From an uncultured Clostridium sp. (lineage in GTDB: Bacteria; Bacillota; Clostridia; TANB77; CAG-508): a stretch of 64,000 nucleotides of DNA. Position numbers and translations under genes: made by a program. Location of the stretch: contig URYN01000009.1 of assembly GCA_900552135.1 (NCBI GenBank), positions 3,168 through 67,167 on the forward strand, given 5' to 3'. Below are positions 18,483 to 29,721 of the stretch, piece after piece. Every line of letters starts with the position of its first letter. Position 1 is the stretch's first letter. The notes beneath the pieces are model-generated. The model had not been told where the DNA came from, did no database searches, and saw only the letters and a program-made list of their open reading frames with translations.

Positions 18483-19535
18483 ATGCCAAGAAAACCAGCA
18501 AATAAATTAAACGAAAATGAAGAAGTATCAAAGAAGAAAACCTCTGGTAGCGTTGAAAAAAAAGCAACCAAGAAATCTGCAACCGATTCAGCCACAACTA
18601 CAAAGGCTACAGCTGTAAAGACCGCAAAAGTTACAGCTGCAAAAGATACTGCTGTAAAAGCCTCAAGAACTACAGCTAAGAAGGAGCCTTCTACTAAGAA
18701 AGTTGCAAGTTCAAAAGAGACTAAAAAAACAAGTAAGAGTACAACTGCTAAAAAGTCTGCCGAAAAAACAGCTAAGACTACTTCTAAAAAATCAACTGGC
18801 ACTGCTTCTAAAAAGACTACTGCAAAAAAAGCAACTACTACAAAAGCAAAAAGAGCTACACGTACAAAAAAAGCAATTCTTGCAGATATAAATCCAGATG
18901 AGATAACTTCTTCAACAAATTTAACTGAAAAAATCGAGATTTTAGAATATTACGATTTACCTTATAGGTATAATCAAACGGTAGTTAAAGTTCTCGCACA
19001 AACTCCAACAACTCTATTTATTTACTGGGATATTTCTGATAAAGATAGAGAAAATTTCATTAGGCAATATGGAGCTGATTTTTTCAACAATACAAAGCCA
19101 GTTCTTATAATTCATAACAAAACCATGAATTACTCTTTCGAGATTGAAATTGATGATTTTGCTAACAGTTGGTACCTTCATGTAAATGATTCAAATTGCG
19201 AGTATTATGTAGAATTAGGACGTAGACCAAAATATAATAATTCTGAACCACAAATTAATATTCCAAATAATTATTTATATGTTTCTTCATCAAACGAGAT
19301 TGATTCTCCAAATGATCACGTTTTGTTTGATAAAGCTTTAAAAACCGTCTACTTCAAAGATGTAAAAACAAATATTGTTACTGCAAAAGATATTACTTCT
19401 ATTTCATTCTTGCGTAATATGGGCAGAATTTACAACTTATACGATTTATATAGTGACTTTACGAAGAATGCTTGGATTAATCATTGGCAATTAGATTTAA
19501 AAACTCCATCATCATCAAGTTCAACATTCAAATAA
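18483..19535 (+). CDS. Lys/Ala/Thr-rich (histone H1-like) N-terminal low-complexity protein with C-terminal DUF4912-like domain
   Basis: Start MPRKPANK with RBS AAGGAGG. ~140 aa of K/T/A repeats, then ILEYYDLPYRYNQTVVKVLAQTP...FIYWDIS, a domain typically seen next to GH57/GT4 alpha-glucan genes. Confidence 0.5.
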   Translation: MPRKPANKLNENEEVSKKKTSGSVEKKATKKSATDSATTTKATAVKTAKVTAAKDTAVKASRTTAKKEPSTKKVASSKETKKTSKSTTAKKSAEKTAKTTSKKSTGTASKKTTAKKATTTKAKRATRTKKAILADINPDEITSSTNLTEKIEILEYYDLPYRYNQTVVKVLAQTPTTLFIYWDISDKDRENFIRQYGADFFNNTKPVLIIHNKTMNYSFEIEIDDFANSWYLHVNDSNCEYYVELGRRPKYNNSEPQINIPNNYLYVSSSNEIDSPNDHVLFDKALKTVYFKDVKTNIVTAKDITSISFLRNMGRIYNLYDLYSDFTKNAWINHWQLDLKTPSSSSSTFK

Positions 19536-19609
19536 AATTAACTTTTCGCCTGAGTGCCTCCACTTAGAGTGCTGGCACTCATGTATTATTATAAAAAGGA
19601 GAATTCATA

Positions 19610-21205
19610 ATGAAAAAAAATCCAAAGGGTTATGTAAGTTTTGTACTTCATGCACATTTGCCATTTGTTTATCATCCAGAAAGCGAAGACTATTTGGAGG
19701 AGCAATGGCTTTTTGAAGCAATATCAGAAACTTATATTCCCCTTCTTTTAAATTTTGATAAATTAGTAAAAGAGCATGTAGACTTTAGAATAACAATGTC
19801 TATGACTCCTCCTTTACTAAATATGTTAGATAATAAATTATTACAAGATAGATATATAAAATATTTGCAATCACACATCGAACTTGCCCAAAAAGAAATT
19901 GTTAGAAATGCTGACAATGAACAGCTAAAAAATTTAGCAAAATATTATGTTGATAGATATTCAAATGATTTATACACTTTCAAAGATGTATATAAGTGCA
20001 ATATCATCAATGGTTTCAAACATTTCCAAGACATTGGCGTTCTTGAAATTATAACTTGTGGTGCAACACACGGTTACTTCCCTATTCTATATGTTAATGA
20101 GAAAACAGTTAGAGCCCAAATTGCTGTCGGTGTAAAATGTTATGAAAAATATTTTGGTAGAAAGCCTCGTGGAATCTGGCTTCCGGAGTGTGGATATGTT
20201 CCAGAGGCAGATAAGTATTTACGCGAGTTTGGAATACAATATGTAATTACTGAAACTCATGGCATTCTATATGCTAACCCAACTCCTGTTTATGGAACAT
20301 TTGCACCTATCGTTTCTCCTGATGGAATTGTAGCTTTCGGTCGTGATTTAGAATCTTCAAGACAAGTTTGGAGTTCTATTAATGGTTATCCAGGAGATTA
20401 CAACTACAGAGAATGGTATAGAGATATTGGTTACGATGCCCCTTACGACTATATAAAACCTTATATTGCATGTAATGGTGCAAGAGTTCCAACTGGCATA
20501 AAATACTATAGAATAACTGGAAAAGACTGCGAAAAAGATTATTATAATGTTCAATGGGCTTGGGATTCCATCAATAAGCAAGCAGGACACTTCTTCGATT
20601 CACGAGAAACACAAATAACCGAAGCAAGTGCATTTACTGCTAATCCCCCTATCATACTTTGTCCTTACGATGCCGAACTTTATGGACACTGGTGGTATGA
20701 AGGTCCAAATTGGTTGTATACTTTATTTAAGAAAATTTATTACGACAAATGCGACTTTGATTTAATAACGCCAAGCGAATATATAGACAAATATCCACAA
20801 ATGCAAGTTGCAACTCCATGCAGATCAAGTTGGGGTGCAAATGGGTACAGCGAAGTTTGGTTAAACAGAAGCAACGATTATGTTCACAGACACCTTCATG
20901 TTGCTGGTGATAGAATGGTTGAACTTGCAAACTTATATCCTGACGAGCCTTCAGATTCACTACTTCGAAAAGCTTTAAACCAATGTGCGCGCGAATTGCT
21001 TCTTGCCCAAAGCAGTGATTGGTTATTTATAATAACCAATGGAACTATGGTAGACTATGCAAAAAAAAGAATTAAAGATCATATTGGAAGATTTACAAAA
21101 TTGTATCTTGAGATAAAAGATAATAAAATAGATGAAAACTATTTAAAGAAAATAAGCGAAATGGACTGTATCTTCCCTGAAATAGATTACATGATTTATA
21201 GATAA
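19610..21205 (+). CDS. Glycoside hydrolase family 57 protein (alpha-glucan branching/amylopullulanase-like)
   Basis: 531 aa. N-terminal FVLHAHLPFV GH57 catalytic-domain start. Forms a cluster with the GT4 and DUF4912 genes. Confidence 0.65.
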   Translation: MKKNPKGYVSFVLHAHLPFVYHPESEDYLEEQWLFEAISETYIPLLLNFDKLVKEHVDFRITMSMTPPLLNMLDNKLLQDRYIKYLQSHIELAQKEIVRNADNEQLKNLAKYYVDRYSNDLYTFKDVYKCNIINGFKHFQDIGVLEIITCGATHGYFPILYVNEKTVRAQIAVGVKCYEKYFGRKPRGIWLPECGYVPEADKYLREFGIQYVITETHGILYANPTPVYGTFAPIVSPDGIVAFGRDLESSRQVWSSINGYPGDYNYREWYRDIGYDAPYDYIKPYIACNGARVPTGIKYYRITGKDCEKDYYNVQWAWDSINKQAGHFFDSRETQITEASAFTANPPIILCPYDAELYGHWWYEGPNWLYTLFKKIYYDKCDFDLITPSEYIDKYPQMQVATPCRSSWGANGYSEVWLNRSNDYVHRHLHVAGDRMVELANLYPDEPSDSLLRKALNQCARELLLAQSSDWLFIITNGTMVDYAKKRIKDHIGRFTKLYLEIKDNKIDENYLKKISEMDCIFPEIDYMIYR

Positions 21206-21602
21206 AATTTACAAATAAATTTATAGATAATTTACAGACAAAATTTATACTCATAGATATAATTTATAAATAAATATATATAAATTTATTACTAATTTTT
21301 TAATTATACTTTTTATAAAATAAGCATGAATTCATTTTTAAATTTTGAATTCGTGTTTTTTATTTCTTTTTAGTCCTTAATATTTAGTGATTTATAAAAT
21401 TTCTTCTTTCATAACTTAAGTTTTCTTTCAATTATATTTCTCATACTTTTAATTTCCAACATTTAAATCTTTTCATATTCATTTTTCTTTTGGTCAAGTT
21501 TCATTTTCTTTTTATTGGAATATTATTGTATATCAAGATTATTTTTGTAAATACTAATACAAAATATTTTAGAAATGTATAGAAAGGATTGCTTGATTCA
21601 CA

Positions 21603-22538
21603 ATGATTTCACTTTGTATAAAAAGCAACAAAAATGATATTATAGATTTTTTATTCTCAGACATAGCAAATATTGATTTAGACAATATTACTTTTGTTAA
21701 GAAACAATTTTCAAAGTACATTAATCTAATAGTTCATTACTCTGGCAACAATGAATCCGAATTTTATAGTGCATTAAGCAATTCTATTGCGAATTGTATA
21801 TTGTGCTGTTACGAAGAAAAAATTATTCATAAATTGTCTATGCAAAATTATTTTTATTTTGACAATGACGATATAGTGTGTATCGAAAAAATATGTAATT
21901 TGTTACTCTCTGATGCCAAGTGTGTTTCATGTGAATCAGACGATAAATTCTTTAGTGCAATTAATCATATAGACAATCCTGAATTTGATTCTGTACTTTC
22001 AGAAATAGCCAATAGGAAAAATATTCTATGGTGCAAGGTTTTAAAATATATTTCTTCACATAAAAGCATTCTTCTAGAAGGATTTATTACATTCAGAATA
22101 AAAGATTATATCGATATTTTAGATAATGCAGTTGATTTTTCAGTCAGCCAATTTGTGATAAATCGTGAATACACTGAATTTATTGATTTATTAAAAATCT
22201 ATATAAACTCTCACCAAATAAATTGCAATCTTGTACATTTGGTATATGTTAATAATGAATCACTTTTATTAGATGAAGAGAAGAATATTATTTCATTGAC
22301 AAAAAATAATTTGGATACAAAATTTTTGTCAGACATAACCTTCTCTTCAAATGACTATGCACTAAATTCCCTTTTAACTTTATTGCCAAAAAAGATTATT
22401 ATTCATTTAATAAATCCCGAAGATGATTTTATAAATACTATAAAATCTATTTTTTGCGATAGAGTTACTATTTGTACTAATTGCAATATTTGCAAGACTT
22501 ACAGACTACTAAATAATGAGCAAGGATTAAACAGCTAA
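21603..22538 (+). CDS. Hypothetical protein, possibly sporulation protein YtxC-like
   Basis: 311 aa, Cys-rich C-terminus (CTNCNICKTY). Size and composition resemble YtxC but there is no firm motif. Confidence 0.3.
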   Translation: MISLCIKSNKNDIIDFLFSDIANIDLDNITFVKKQFSKYINLIVHYSGNNESEFYSALSNSIANCILCCYEEKIIHKLSMQNYFYFDNDDIVCIEKICNLLLSDAKCVSCESDDKFFSAINHIDNPEFDSVLSEIANRKNILWCKVLKYISSHKSILLEGFITFRIKDYIDILDNAVDFSVSQFVINREYTEFIDLLKIYINSHQINCNLVHLVYVNNESLLLDEEKNIISLTKNNLDTKFLSDITFSSNDYALNSLLTLLPKKIIIHLINPEDDFINTIKSIFCDRVTICTNCNICKTYRLLNNEQGLNS

Positions 22539-22669
22539 TTCATATTGATTTTATATTCATCTTCAATAGGTCTTCCACCTGTTGAAGCTCTTTCATATGC
22601 TGAAGCAATCCATTAGTTGCTCTTTATAAAAAATAAATCAAATTGAGTTTTATTTTATATTTTTATACT

Positions 22670-23002
22670 TTATATGATAGCTTTGAATGTATAAACATTT
22701 TTATAACCATTTTGCATTAATATTTCTTTTACAATCCTGCTTCTCTTTCCTGATTTACAATAAAGCAATATAATCTCGTCCCTATCTTGTATTTCAGTTA
22801 TTATATTTTCGGCTTCATAAATTGGTATATTAATAGCTCCAGTCAAATGTCTTTCACGATATTCTTCAGGAGAACGCACATCTATTATTACAGCCTTCTC
22901 CCTATTATATATTTCAATAGCCTCATCGTAGGTTAAATCTGTTTTATCTATTCTTGAGAGAACCTTATTGCAAAGTCTTTTATATATATTTCTGAATTGC
23001 AT
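22670..23002 (-). CDS. Rhodanese-domain sulfurtransferase
   Basis: IIDVRSPEEYRERHLTGAINIP...LLYCKSGKRS with the active-site Cys loop. Start at MQFRN with RBS GGAG. Confidence 0.7.
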   Translation of the reverse strand: MQFRNIYKRLCNKVLSRIDKTDLTYDEAIEIYNREKAVIIDVRSPEEYRERHLTGAINIPIYEAENIITEIQDRDEIILLYCKSGKRSRIVKEILMQNGYKNVYTFKAII

Positions 23003-23184
23003 ATTATCACACTCCATAAAAAAAGTTATTGATAATATATTCTATTATCAATAACCTCTTTTTGTTAATTTTATGTTAATTTTGTGCTAATTATTTATTA
23101 TTAATTTCATTACTTTATTTTGTTTCAATATTTTATTTTTTGTTATTTTATTTTCAAATTCTCCATTTCATTTGACTTTTCAAA

Positions 23185-23823
23185 CTATGCTTCTTTTGAG
23201 TTCTTCTTTTTTCCAAAATAAATCATTGTAATTGTTATTGATGCTATATAAACAACAACTGCAATTATTGAGGTTAGTCTATTAATTGGTATTCTTGTAA
23301 CAGCATATAAACTTGATAATATTGCTTGTGGTGCGACTATTGCCATTGCTGTAGTATATAAAACATATAATATTCCTTGCTTTCTATATACAATCATTGC
23401 ATATAAAATTGTAACAATACTTAATATTGATATTGGTAATATGTATGGCTTTATTAATGTACGCAATCTTACATTTGCATTTTGAACTACTTCAACATCA
23501 TCTATTGAATTTTCTAGTTCATACTTTTCATTTATCTTTGTATTTAGTTCATTTATTTGTCCTTCAGATGCTTCTTTTACTGTTATTTGAACCATATCTT
23601 CATATAACTCTACTTTTTGTATAATTACTCTCTGTCCCTTGAATACCTCTGATGTAATTTGCTTAATGTCATTTATCTCAAAAGTTTTTCCTATATTAAT
23701 TGCAATTTGAGTATTCTCTGAATATTTTAATCCAACATTAAAACCTTTTACTGCTATCACAATTATTCCTGCAATTAGTAAACATATTAATAAAATTGAA
23801 ACTACCCTTTTCATTACCTTCAT
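23185..23823 (-). CDS. Short, diverged SecF-like membrane protein
   Basis: 212 aa. N-terminal TM, ~100-aa extracytoplasmic domain, 3 C-terminal TMs. Sits in the secF position of the queA-tgt-yajC-secD-secF arrangement. ATGA overlap with the upstream gene. Confidence 0.35.
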   Translation of the reverse strand: MKVMKRVVSILLICLLIAGIIVIAVKGFNVGLKYSENTQIAINIGKTFEINDIKQITSEVFKGQRVIIQKVELYEDMVQITVKEASEGQINELNTKINEKYELENSIDDVEVVQNANVRLRTLIKPYILPISILSIVTILYAMIVYRKQGILYVLYTTAMAIVAPQAILSSLYAVTRIPINRLTSIIAVVVYIASITITMIYFGKKKNSKEA

Positions 23824-25136
23824 TATTTTTTCCTTTCTATTTCAAATAATTGTATTGCAAAGATTATTGCGTTATATATAACCATTGTTAACTCTGCCCA
23901 GAATAAAATCATTCCAACACTTGAAATTTCTTGCCAACTTATCAAAGCAAATGCAACAGCAAGAATTGTTACTGGAACTAAGGCAATTACAATTTTAAAT
24001 ATTGCTTTATTTACATTTTTCTTTGTATGTTCTAAGTCTTGTCCTTTGCTATATTCTTTTAATACTGACCATAATATAAAATATTCAATTATATAAGAAA
24101 CTGCTATTGCAAATATACCAGCTAAAGTTAATTCTACATTTCCAAATCTTACTGCAAGTAGTAAAAGTGCTATAAATCCTAGACTTGTAAATACACCCAT
24201 AACACCATTTTTCTTAAATCTAACTATCATTGCTACTCCTGCTAACACAGCTATTACAGCAAAAGTAATGGTCATTATTTTTATTTCATATTCTGTTATA
24301 TCAGAATATACAAATCTATTTACATCTATTTTGTATGTTATAGGCATTGGATCTGTGTTTAAGAATACTGCAATATTTTGAGCTTGTTTATAATAACTTT
24401 CTAATTCAGAAGTTGATGAAGTTGTGCCTAGTGATAATTCTATAATTCCGTCAGAAATTTCTTCATCAAAATACGTTGTTATTATAGTTTCATCATCTAA
24501 CATCATCTTTATTTTTTTAGTTGTATCATTTCCTTCACTGTCTTTTGAGCTTATGTATTGTTGAGATATCTCTTTTAATTTTTCTGTGCCTTCTTTGTTA
24601 AATTGTATTGTTAAGTATGCTGTGTATGAACTTGCAGAAGCTTGTACTCTTGTTGCAGATGCTTTTTCTACATCTTTATTCGATAATAACACTTCTGACG
24701 TATCATTATCAACTACTTTAAACTCACCTTTTGTAGCAACATATTGAGCAATATAATCTGTATCATTATTTTCAGTAACCTCTAAACTTATATCTCCATT
24801 AGCTTCGTTTTCTCTAATTAGATAATTTTCTACTTTCATATAAGCTAATCTTTGTTCAGCTATCTCTTTTGACTTTTGATAATTGTCCAAAGTTAATACA
24901 TCTTCTGTATTAGATTCTTTGCTTTCGTCAACTTTTATTATAATATTTCTTGCTCCATAAAGATCCATTCCCAATTTGTATTCTGGAATTATGTTTTTCA
25001 TAGAATTTTTGTCTTGTACAAAAATTCCAACAAAAGAAATAACAGCTATCAATATTATTACAACTACTGTTAATATTCTTCCTAGTAACTTTAGTGATAA
25101 TTTGCTTTTACTTTTTTTCAATTTATTTTCCTCCAA
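23823..25136 (-). CDS. Diverged SecD-like membrane protein
   Basis: 437 aa. N-terminal TM, large extracytoplasmic domain, C-terminal TM bundle. ELTLAGIFAIAVSYIIEYFILWSVLKEY weakly matches the SecD LTLPGIAG...AVDANV...FERIKEE segment. In the syntenic position. Confidence 0.4.
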   Translation of the reverse strand: MEENKLKKSKSKLSLKLLGRILTVVVIILIAVISFVGIFVQDKNSMKNIIPEYKLGMDLYGARNIIIKVDESKESNTEDVLTLDNYQKSKEIAEQRLAYMKVENYLIRENEANGDISLEVTENNDTDYIAQYVATKGEFKVVDNDTSEVLLSNKDVEKASATRVQASASSYTAYLTIQFNKEGTEKLKEISQQYISSKDSEGNDTTKKIKMMLDDETIITTYFDEEISDGIIELSLGTTSSTSELESYYKQAQNIAVFLNTDPMPITYKIDVNRFVYSDITEYEIKIMTITFAVIAVLAGVAMIVRFKKNGVMGVFTSLGFIALLLLAVRFGNVELTLAGIFAIAVSYIIEYFILWSVLKEYSKGQDLEHTKKNVNKAIFKIVIALVPVTILAVAFALISWQEISSVGMILFWAELTMVIYNAIIFAIQLFEIERKK

Positions 25137-25139
25137 ATT

Positions 25140-25799
25140 TTATAATAATTTTGTTCCATTTATATAAAGTTCATACCATATATTTAAATACTTCGCTGCA
25201 TATTTGCTCATCATTGTTCTATCCATAAATATCTCAAAGTAATCAAGCACAGGACAGATTTTTGTATCTATTGTTAAACTTAAACTTACTTTTCTGTTTA
25301 CAGCATCAATTGTAAATTCAGAATCCGTTACAGCATAATTTACTTTATCGTGTTTGTCAAATGAAGAAATATTAGGATTTCTTACTCTATCTCTATGAAC
25401 ATCTGACTTGTCCGCAAGTATTAGTGCAGCTGATATGTCACTAACAGCTGTACCCGTTGCTTCATCGTGGTTTCCAATAGCCATCATTATTTCAGTTCTA
25501 TCTTTTATGTCCATTCCAATTTCTTTTAATATGTTGTAAGCAAGAATTGCTCCAGAATGAGCATGATCCACTCTGTTTACACAATTTCCTATGTCATGCA
25601 TATAGCCTGCAATCTTTGCAAGTTCAATTCTGTGTTCATTATATCCAAGTTCTTTTAAAACATAACCCGCTCTATTTGAAACAATTGATATATGTCTTGT
25701 TGCATGCTCTGTATAACCTAGTGCATCGAGTTGTTTTTGTGCACCTATAATCAAGCTATTTACTTCTTCATTATTCTTTACATCTTCAAATGTAATCAT
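25140..25799 (-). CDS. HD-domain phosphohydrolase
   Basis: H...HDIGN...D metal-binding HD motif (AGYMHDIGNCVNRVDHAHSGA). Confidence 0.65.
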   Translation of the reverse strand: MITFEDVKNNEEVNSLIIGAQKQLDALGYTEHATRHISIVSNRAGYVLKELGYNEHRIELAKIAGYMHDIGNCVNRVDHAHSGAILAYNILKEIGMDIKDRTEIMMAIGNHDEATGTAVSDISAALILADKSDVHRDRVRNPNISSFDKHDKVNYAVTDSEFTIDAVNRKVSLSLTIDTKICPVLDYFEIFMDRTMMSKYAAKYLNIWYELYINGTKLL

Positions 25800-25977
25800 G
25801 TTTTTCCCCCGCTTTTTAGATTCTACTCTATTTAATTAAAAATATCAACCATTTTACTGCATTTTTAACTAATTTTGTAACAAATTTTTACTTATAAATA
25901 GCTTTTAATTGGTAAATAAAATTGCTTTTTTATTATTCAGTTTTACTATAAATTTAATTTTTATTGGTATATATAAT

Positions 25978-26397
25978 TTATCTTTTCAAGTTAACTCCAA
26001 TTATTCCTCCAAACATTCCAGCAATTATTGCAGATATTATTATAATTAAGCTATTAAAATCAAATGAAAAATTTCCATTTACCATACTTGATAATAGATA
26101 TATTATAGCTATATAAATCAATCCTACCAAAGCACCATTTAAAAGTCCTTTTTTTGATATTTTTGATACACTAATTATGCTTCCTATTAGAATGCTTATT
26201 GCTGTAACAGCTATTATAACTGGTATTATAGTGTTCTCATTTATGTTAGTATTTGCAAGAACCGTTGAAAATATAACAAGCGAGATTAAAGTTATAACTA
26301 TTGCTGTAATACTTCCTTTTAATACGTCTATAAATTTACTCTTTTCCTTAATGTTATTATCCAATGATGTTATTTTAGTAATTTCTTTAATGTTCAT
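25978..26397 (-). CDS. Small polytopic membrane protein
   Basis: 139 aa with 4 predicted TM segments. No motif. Confidence 0.4.
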   Translation of the reverse strand: MNIKEITKITSLDNNIKEKSKFIDVLKGSITAIVITLISLVIFSTVLANTNINENTIIPVIIAVTAISILIGSIISVSKISKKGLLNGALVGLIYIAIIYLLSSMVNGNFSFDFNSLIIIISAIIAGMFGGIIGVNLKR

Positions 26398-26529
26398 TTA
26401 AAATCCTCCAAATATAATTTTTGTTATTTAAATATATTATATCTAAAGGATTTTTATGTTTTATTTATTACTTTATTTTTTTTACTTTGCTTTTACAATT
26501 ATTTTTTTCTTGAGATTCAATTTTTATCA

Positions 26530-26853
26530 TTATTTTTCTTGCTCTTTTGTTTTATTATCTGCTTTATTATTTCTATCATTACCGGTTTCAGTAGTTCTAT
26601 CGTCAAGTCCTGCAATAGCCCATTTCTCTATTGATAGTTCGATTTTGTTTGGATTTGTTTCTAGAATTACTCTATCTTCTAATACTTCAGATACAGTTCC
26701 AGAAAGTCCAGTATATGTTACAATTTTATCTCCAACTTTTATATCATTCTGCATCTTTTTTGTTTCTTTTTCTTGGCTTTTTCTTTGCCACTCAGCAAAA
26801 TAATATATAGCTAATATTATTAGTACGGTTATTAAAATTCTTACATATTGCAT
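26530..26853 (-). CDS. yajC: Preprotein translocase subunit YajC
   Basis: Single TM plus KVGDKIVTYTGLSGTVSEV...ELSIEKWAI, the YajC signature. Start taken at MQYVRI. Confidence 0.7.
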   Translation of the reverse strand: MQYVRILITVLIILAIYYFAEWQRKSQEKETKKMQNDIKVGDKIVTYTGLSGTVSEVLEDRVILETNPNKIELSIEKWAIAGLDDRTTETGNDRNNKADNKTKEQEK

Positions 26854-26860
26854 TCTATTA

Positions 26861-28384
26861 TTATCTCCTCTCCGCATTTGTACCTGAGTTTGCTATTTCT
26901 CCATTATTTGAAGCATTAGAATTTACACTAGTATTTGCGTTTATATTGTTATTGCTGGAATTACTGTTATTATTTGAATTATTGTTATTATTAGAATTGT
27001 TTGCAGTATTATTACTGCTACTGTTAGTTTTGTTTACTGGTTCTATCTTTCCAACATTTAATAGATAATCTAATATATCAATTTTCATTCCTTGATATGT
27101 TAGATAATATTTCTTCTCTCCGCCTGATGTTATTGTATACATATCTGTTACAAGTGCTTGTATTAGCTCTTTACCAGATGTATTGTATAATCCGTACATT
27201 TTATCTTTGCATACAACTATTGCTTCATATTCTGGTACAATTAATAAGTTTTGAGCTAAAGAATCATTTGATGTATTTTGAGTGCATCCCAAAGAGTCAA
27301 ATTCAATTGGAATTACAGTATTTCCATTTAAATCAAGAACTCCCCACTTGCCATCTTTTTTCACAGGCACATATTTATTATACAATAGATATGGATTTTC
27401 TATATCATCTCCAGGAAATTGAGTTTGGTCAATTCCTATTTGCTCATACTCTGAAAATATAACTCTCTTTCCATTGTTATTAATTACTCCATATTTTTTA
27501 TTATTTGATACAACGTATAATCCACGTTCTTTATCCATTCTTCTTATCGAATCGTATTCAGGTTCAATCTTGGTTGTTCCTTCATCAGTAATTATTCCAA
27601 ATTTACCATCTGTTGTTTCAACTATAAACTCTTGCGAACTTTCTTTGAATTTTATAGATTTGTATTTTTCACCAATTATGGTTTCGTTTTTTAAATTATT
27701 TACACCATATCTTCCATTAGCGTCCTTCACTATCATTAAGCCATATAAAATTGCCTTCTTATTTGTATAACTTGCATTTTTTTCATTCAAAGCTGATTCT
27801 GTTATTCTTCCTGAATAGAAATTCGTAAGATATGAAAGTGTATACAATTTTATTGTATTATTATTCTCTGTATACGCAAAACTTATATTACAGCCTTTTT
27901 CAAGTCCTTCAGCCGAAACATATAATTTGTTATTTATTAGTTTTACAGGTTCATCTATCGTATAATATTCATATTCCAGTTCTTCATTTTTTTGATCTTC
28001 TATTAATACCTTATATATCGAATCTGAGTCTTGAGTATATGATACTGTTTCATATCCATTATCCAGATAACATTTACTTGTATCTTCAGAATAAGGATTT
28101 TTGTACTCTCCATTGTTAATACTATATCCTATTTTTCCAGCAATATCTTTTATAGAAACATAAATTTTACCGTTTTCAAATATAAACAAATCATCTTGAA
28201 ATGAGGTTTTACTTCCATCCATATAAAATTTTAATTCTTTATTTTTTAAATAAAATATTGCTCCTAGAACTCCCATAGATAACAAGAAAACTAAAATTAA
28301 TGCAATTATAATTATTTTCATTAATTTTTTGCTTTTTATCTTCTCTTGGTTAAAATTAGTATTACTACTCCCAAAAAAGTCCAT
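26861..28384 (-). CDS. Membrane-anchored WG-repeat (KWG/beta-propeller-like) protein with Asn/Ser-rich C-terminal tail
   Basis: N-terminal TM. Repeated GKYGV/GKWGV motifs (KYGVINNNGKRVI, KWGVLDLNGNTVIPIEFDS). ~60 aa N/S low-complexity tail. Confidence 0.45.
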   Translation of the reverse strand: MDFFGSSNTNFNQEKIKSKKLMKIIIIALILVFLLSMGVLGAIFYLKNKELKFYMDGSKTSFQDDLFIFENGKIYVSIKDIAGKIGYSINNGEYKNPYSEDTSKCYLDNGYETVSYTQDSDSIYKVLIEDQKNEELEYEYYTIDEPVKLINNKLYVSAEGLEKGCNISFAYTENNNTIKLYTLSYLTNFYSGRITESALNEKNASYTNKKAILYGLMIVKDANGRYGVNNLKNETIIGEKYKSIKFKESSQEFIVETTDGKFGIITDEGTTKIEPEYDSIRRMDKERGLYVVSNNKKYGVINNNGKRVIFSEYEQIGIDQTQFPGDDIENPYLLYNKYVPVKKDGKWGVLDLNGNTVIPIEFDSLGCTQNTSNDSLAQNLLIVPEYEAIVVCKDKMYGLYNTSGKELIQALVTDMYTITSGGEKKYYLTYQGMKIDILDYLLNVGKIEPVNKTNSSSNNTANNSNNNNNSNNNSNSSNNNINANTSVNSNASNNGEIANSGTNAERR

Positions 28385-28396
28385 TTCTTTTCCCCC

Positions 28397-29554
<1,158 letters not shown>

Positions 29555-29721
29555 TTAATAATCTGTTATAAATTAAATATATTTTCTCCTTCCCTTCTAC
29601 GTTAGTATTGATTTTTATATTACTCAATAAATTTCAATATTTTATTTTAATTAATTTTTTATTTCACATTTATTGGATTACCGGGGATACTATCTCTACA
29701 CATGTTTACTGGCATCTTGTT

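Noticed and set aside
18455-18802. 115-aa minus-strand ORF
   Set aside because: Antisense shadow of the Lys/Ala/Thr repeat region, where GCx/AAx codons give an open reverse frame. No RBS.
22560-22625. Short coding-like segment (minus-strand translation WIASAYERASTGGRPIEDEY) in the intergenic region after the ytxC-like gene
   Set aside because: Too short to assign and no continuous frame. Possibly a gene remnant, but not supportable.
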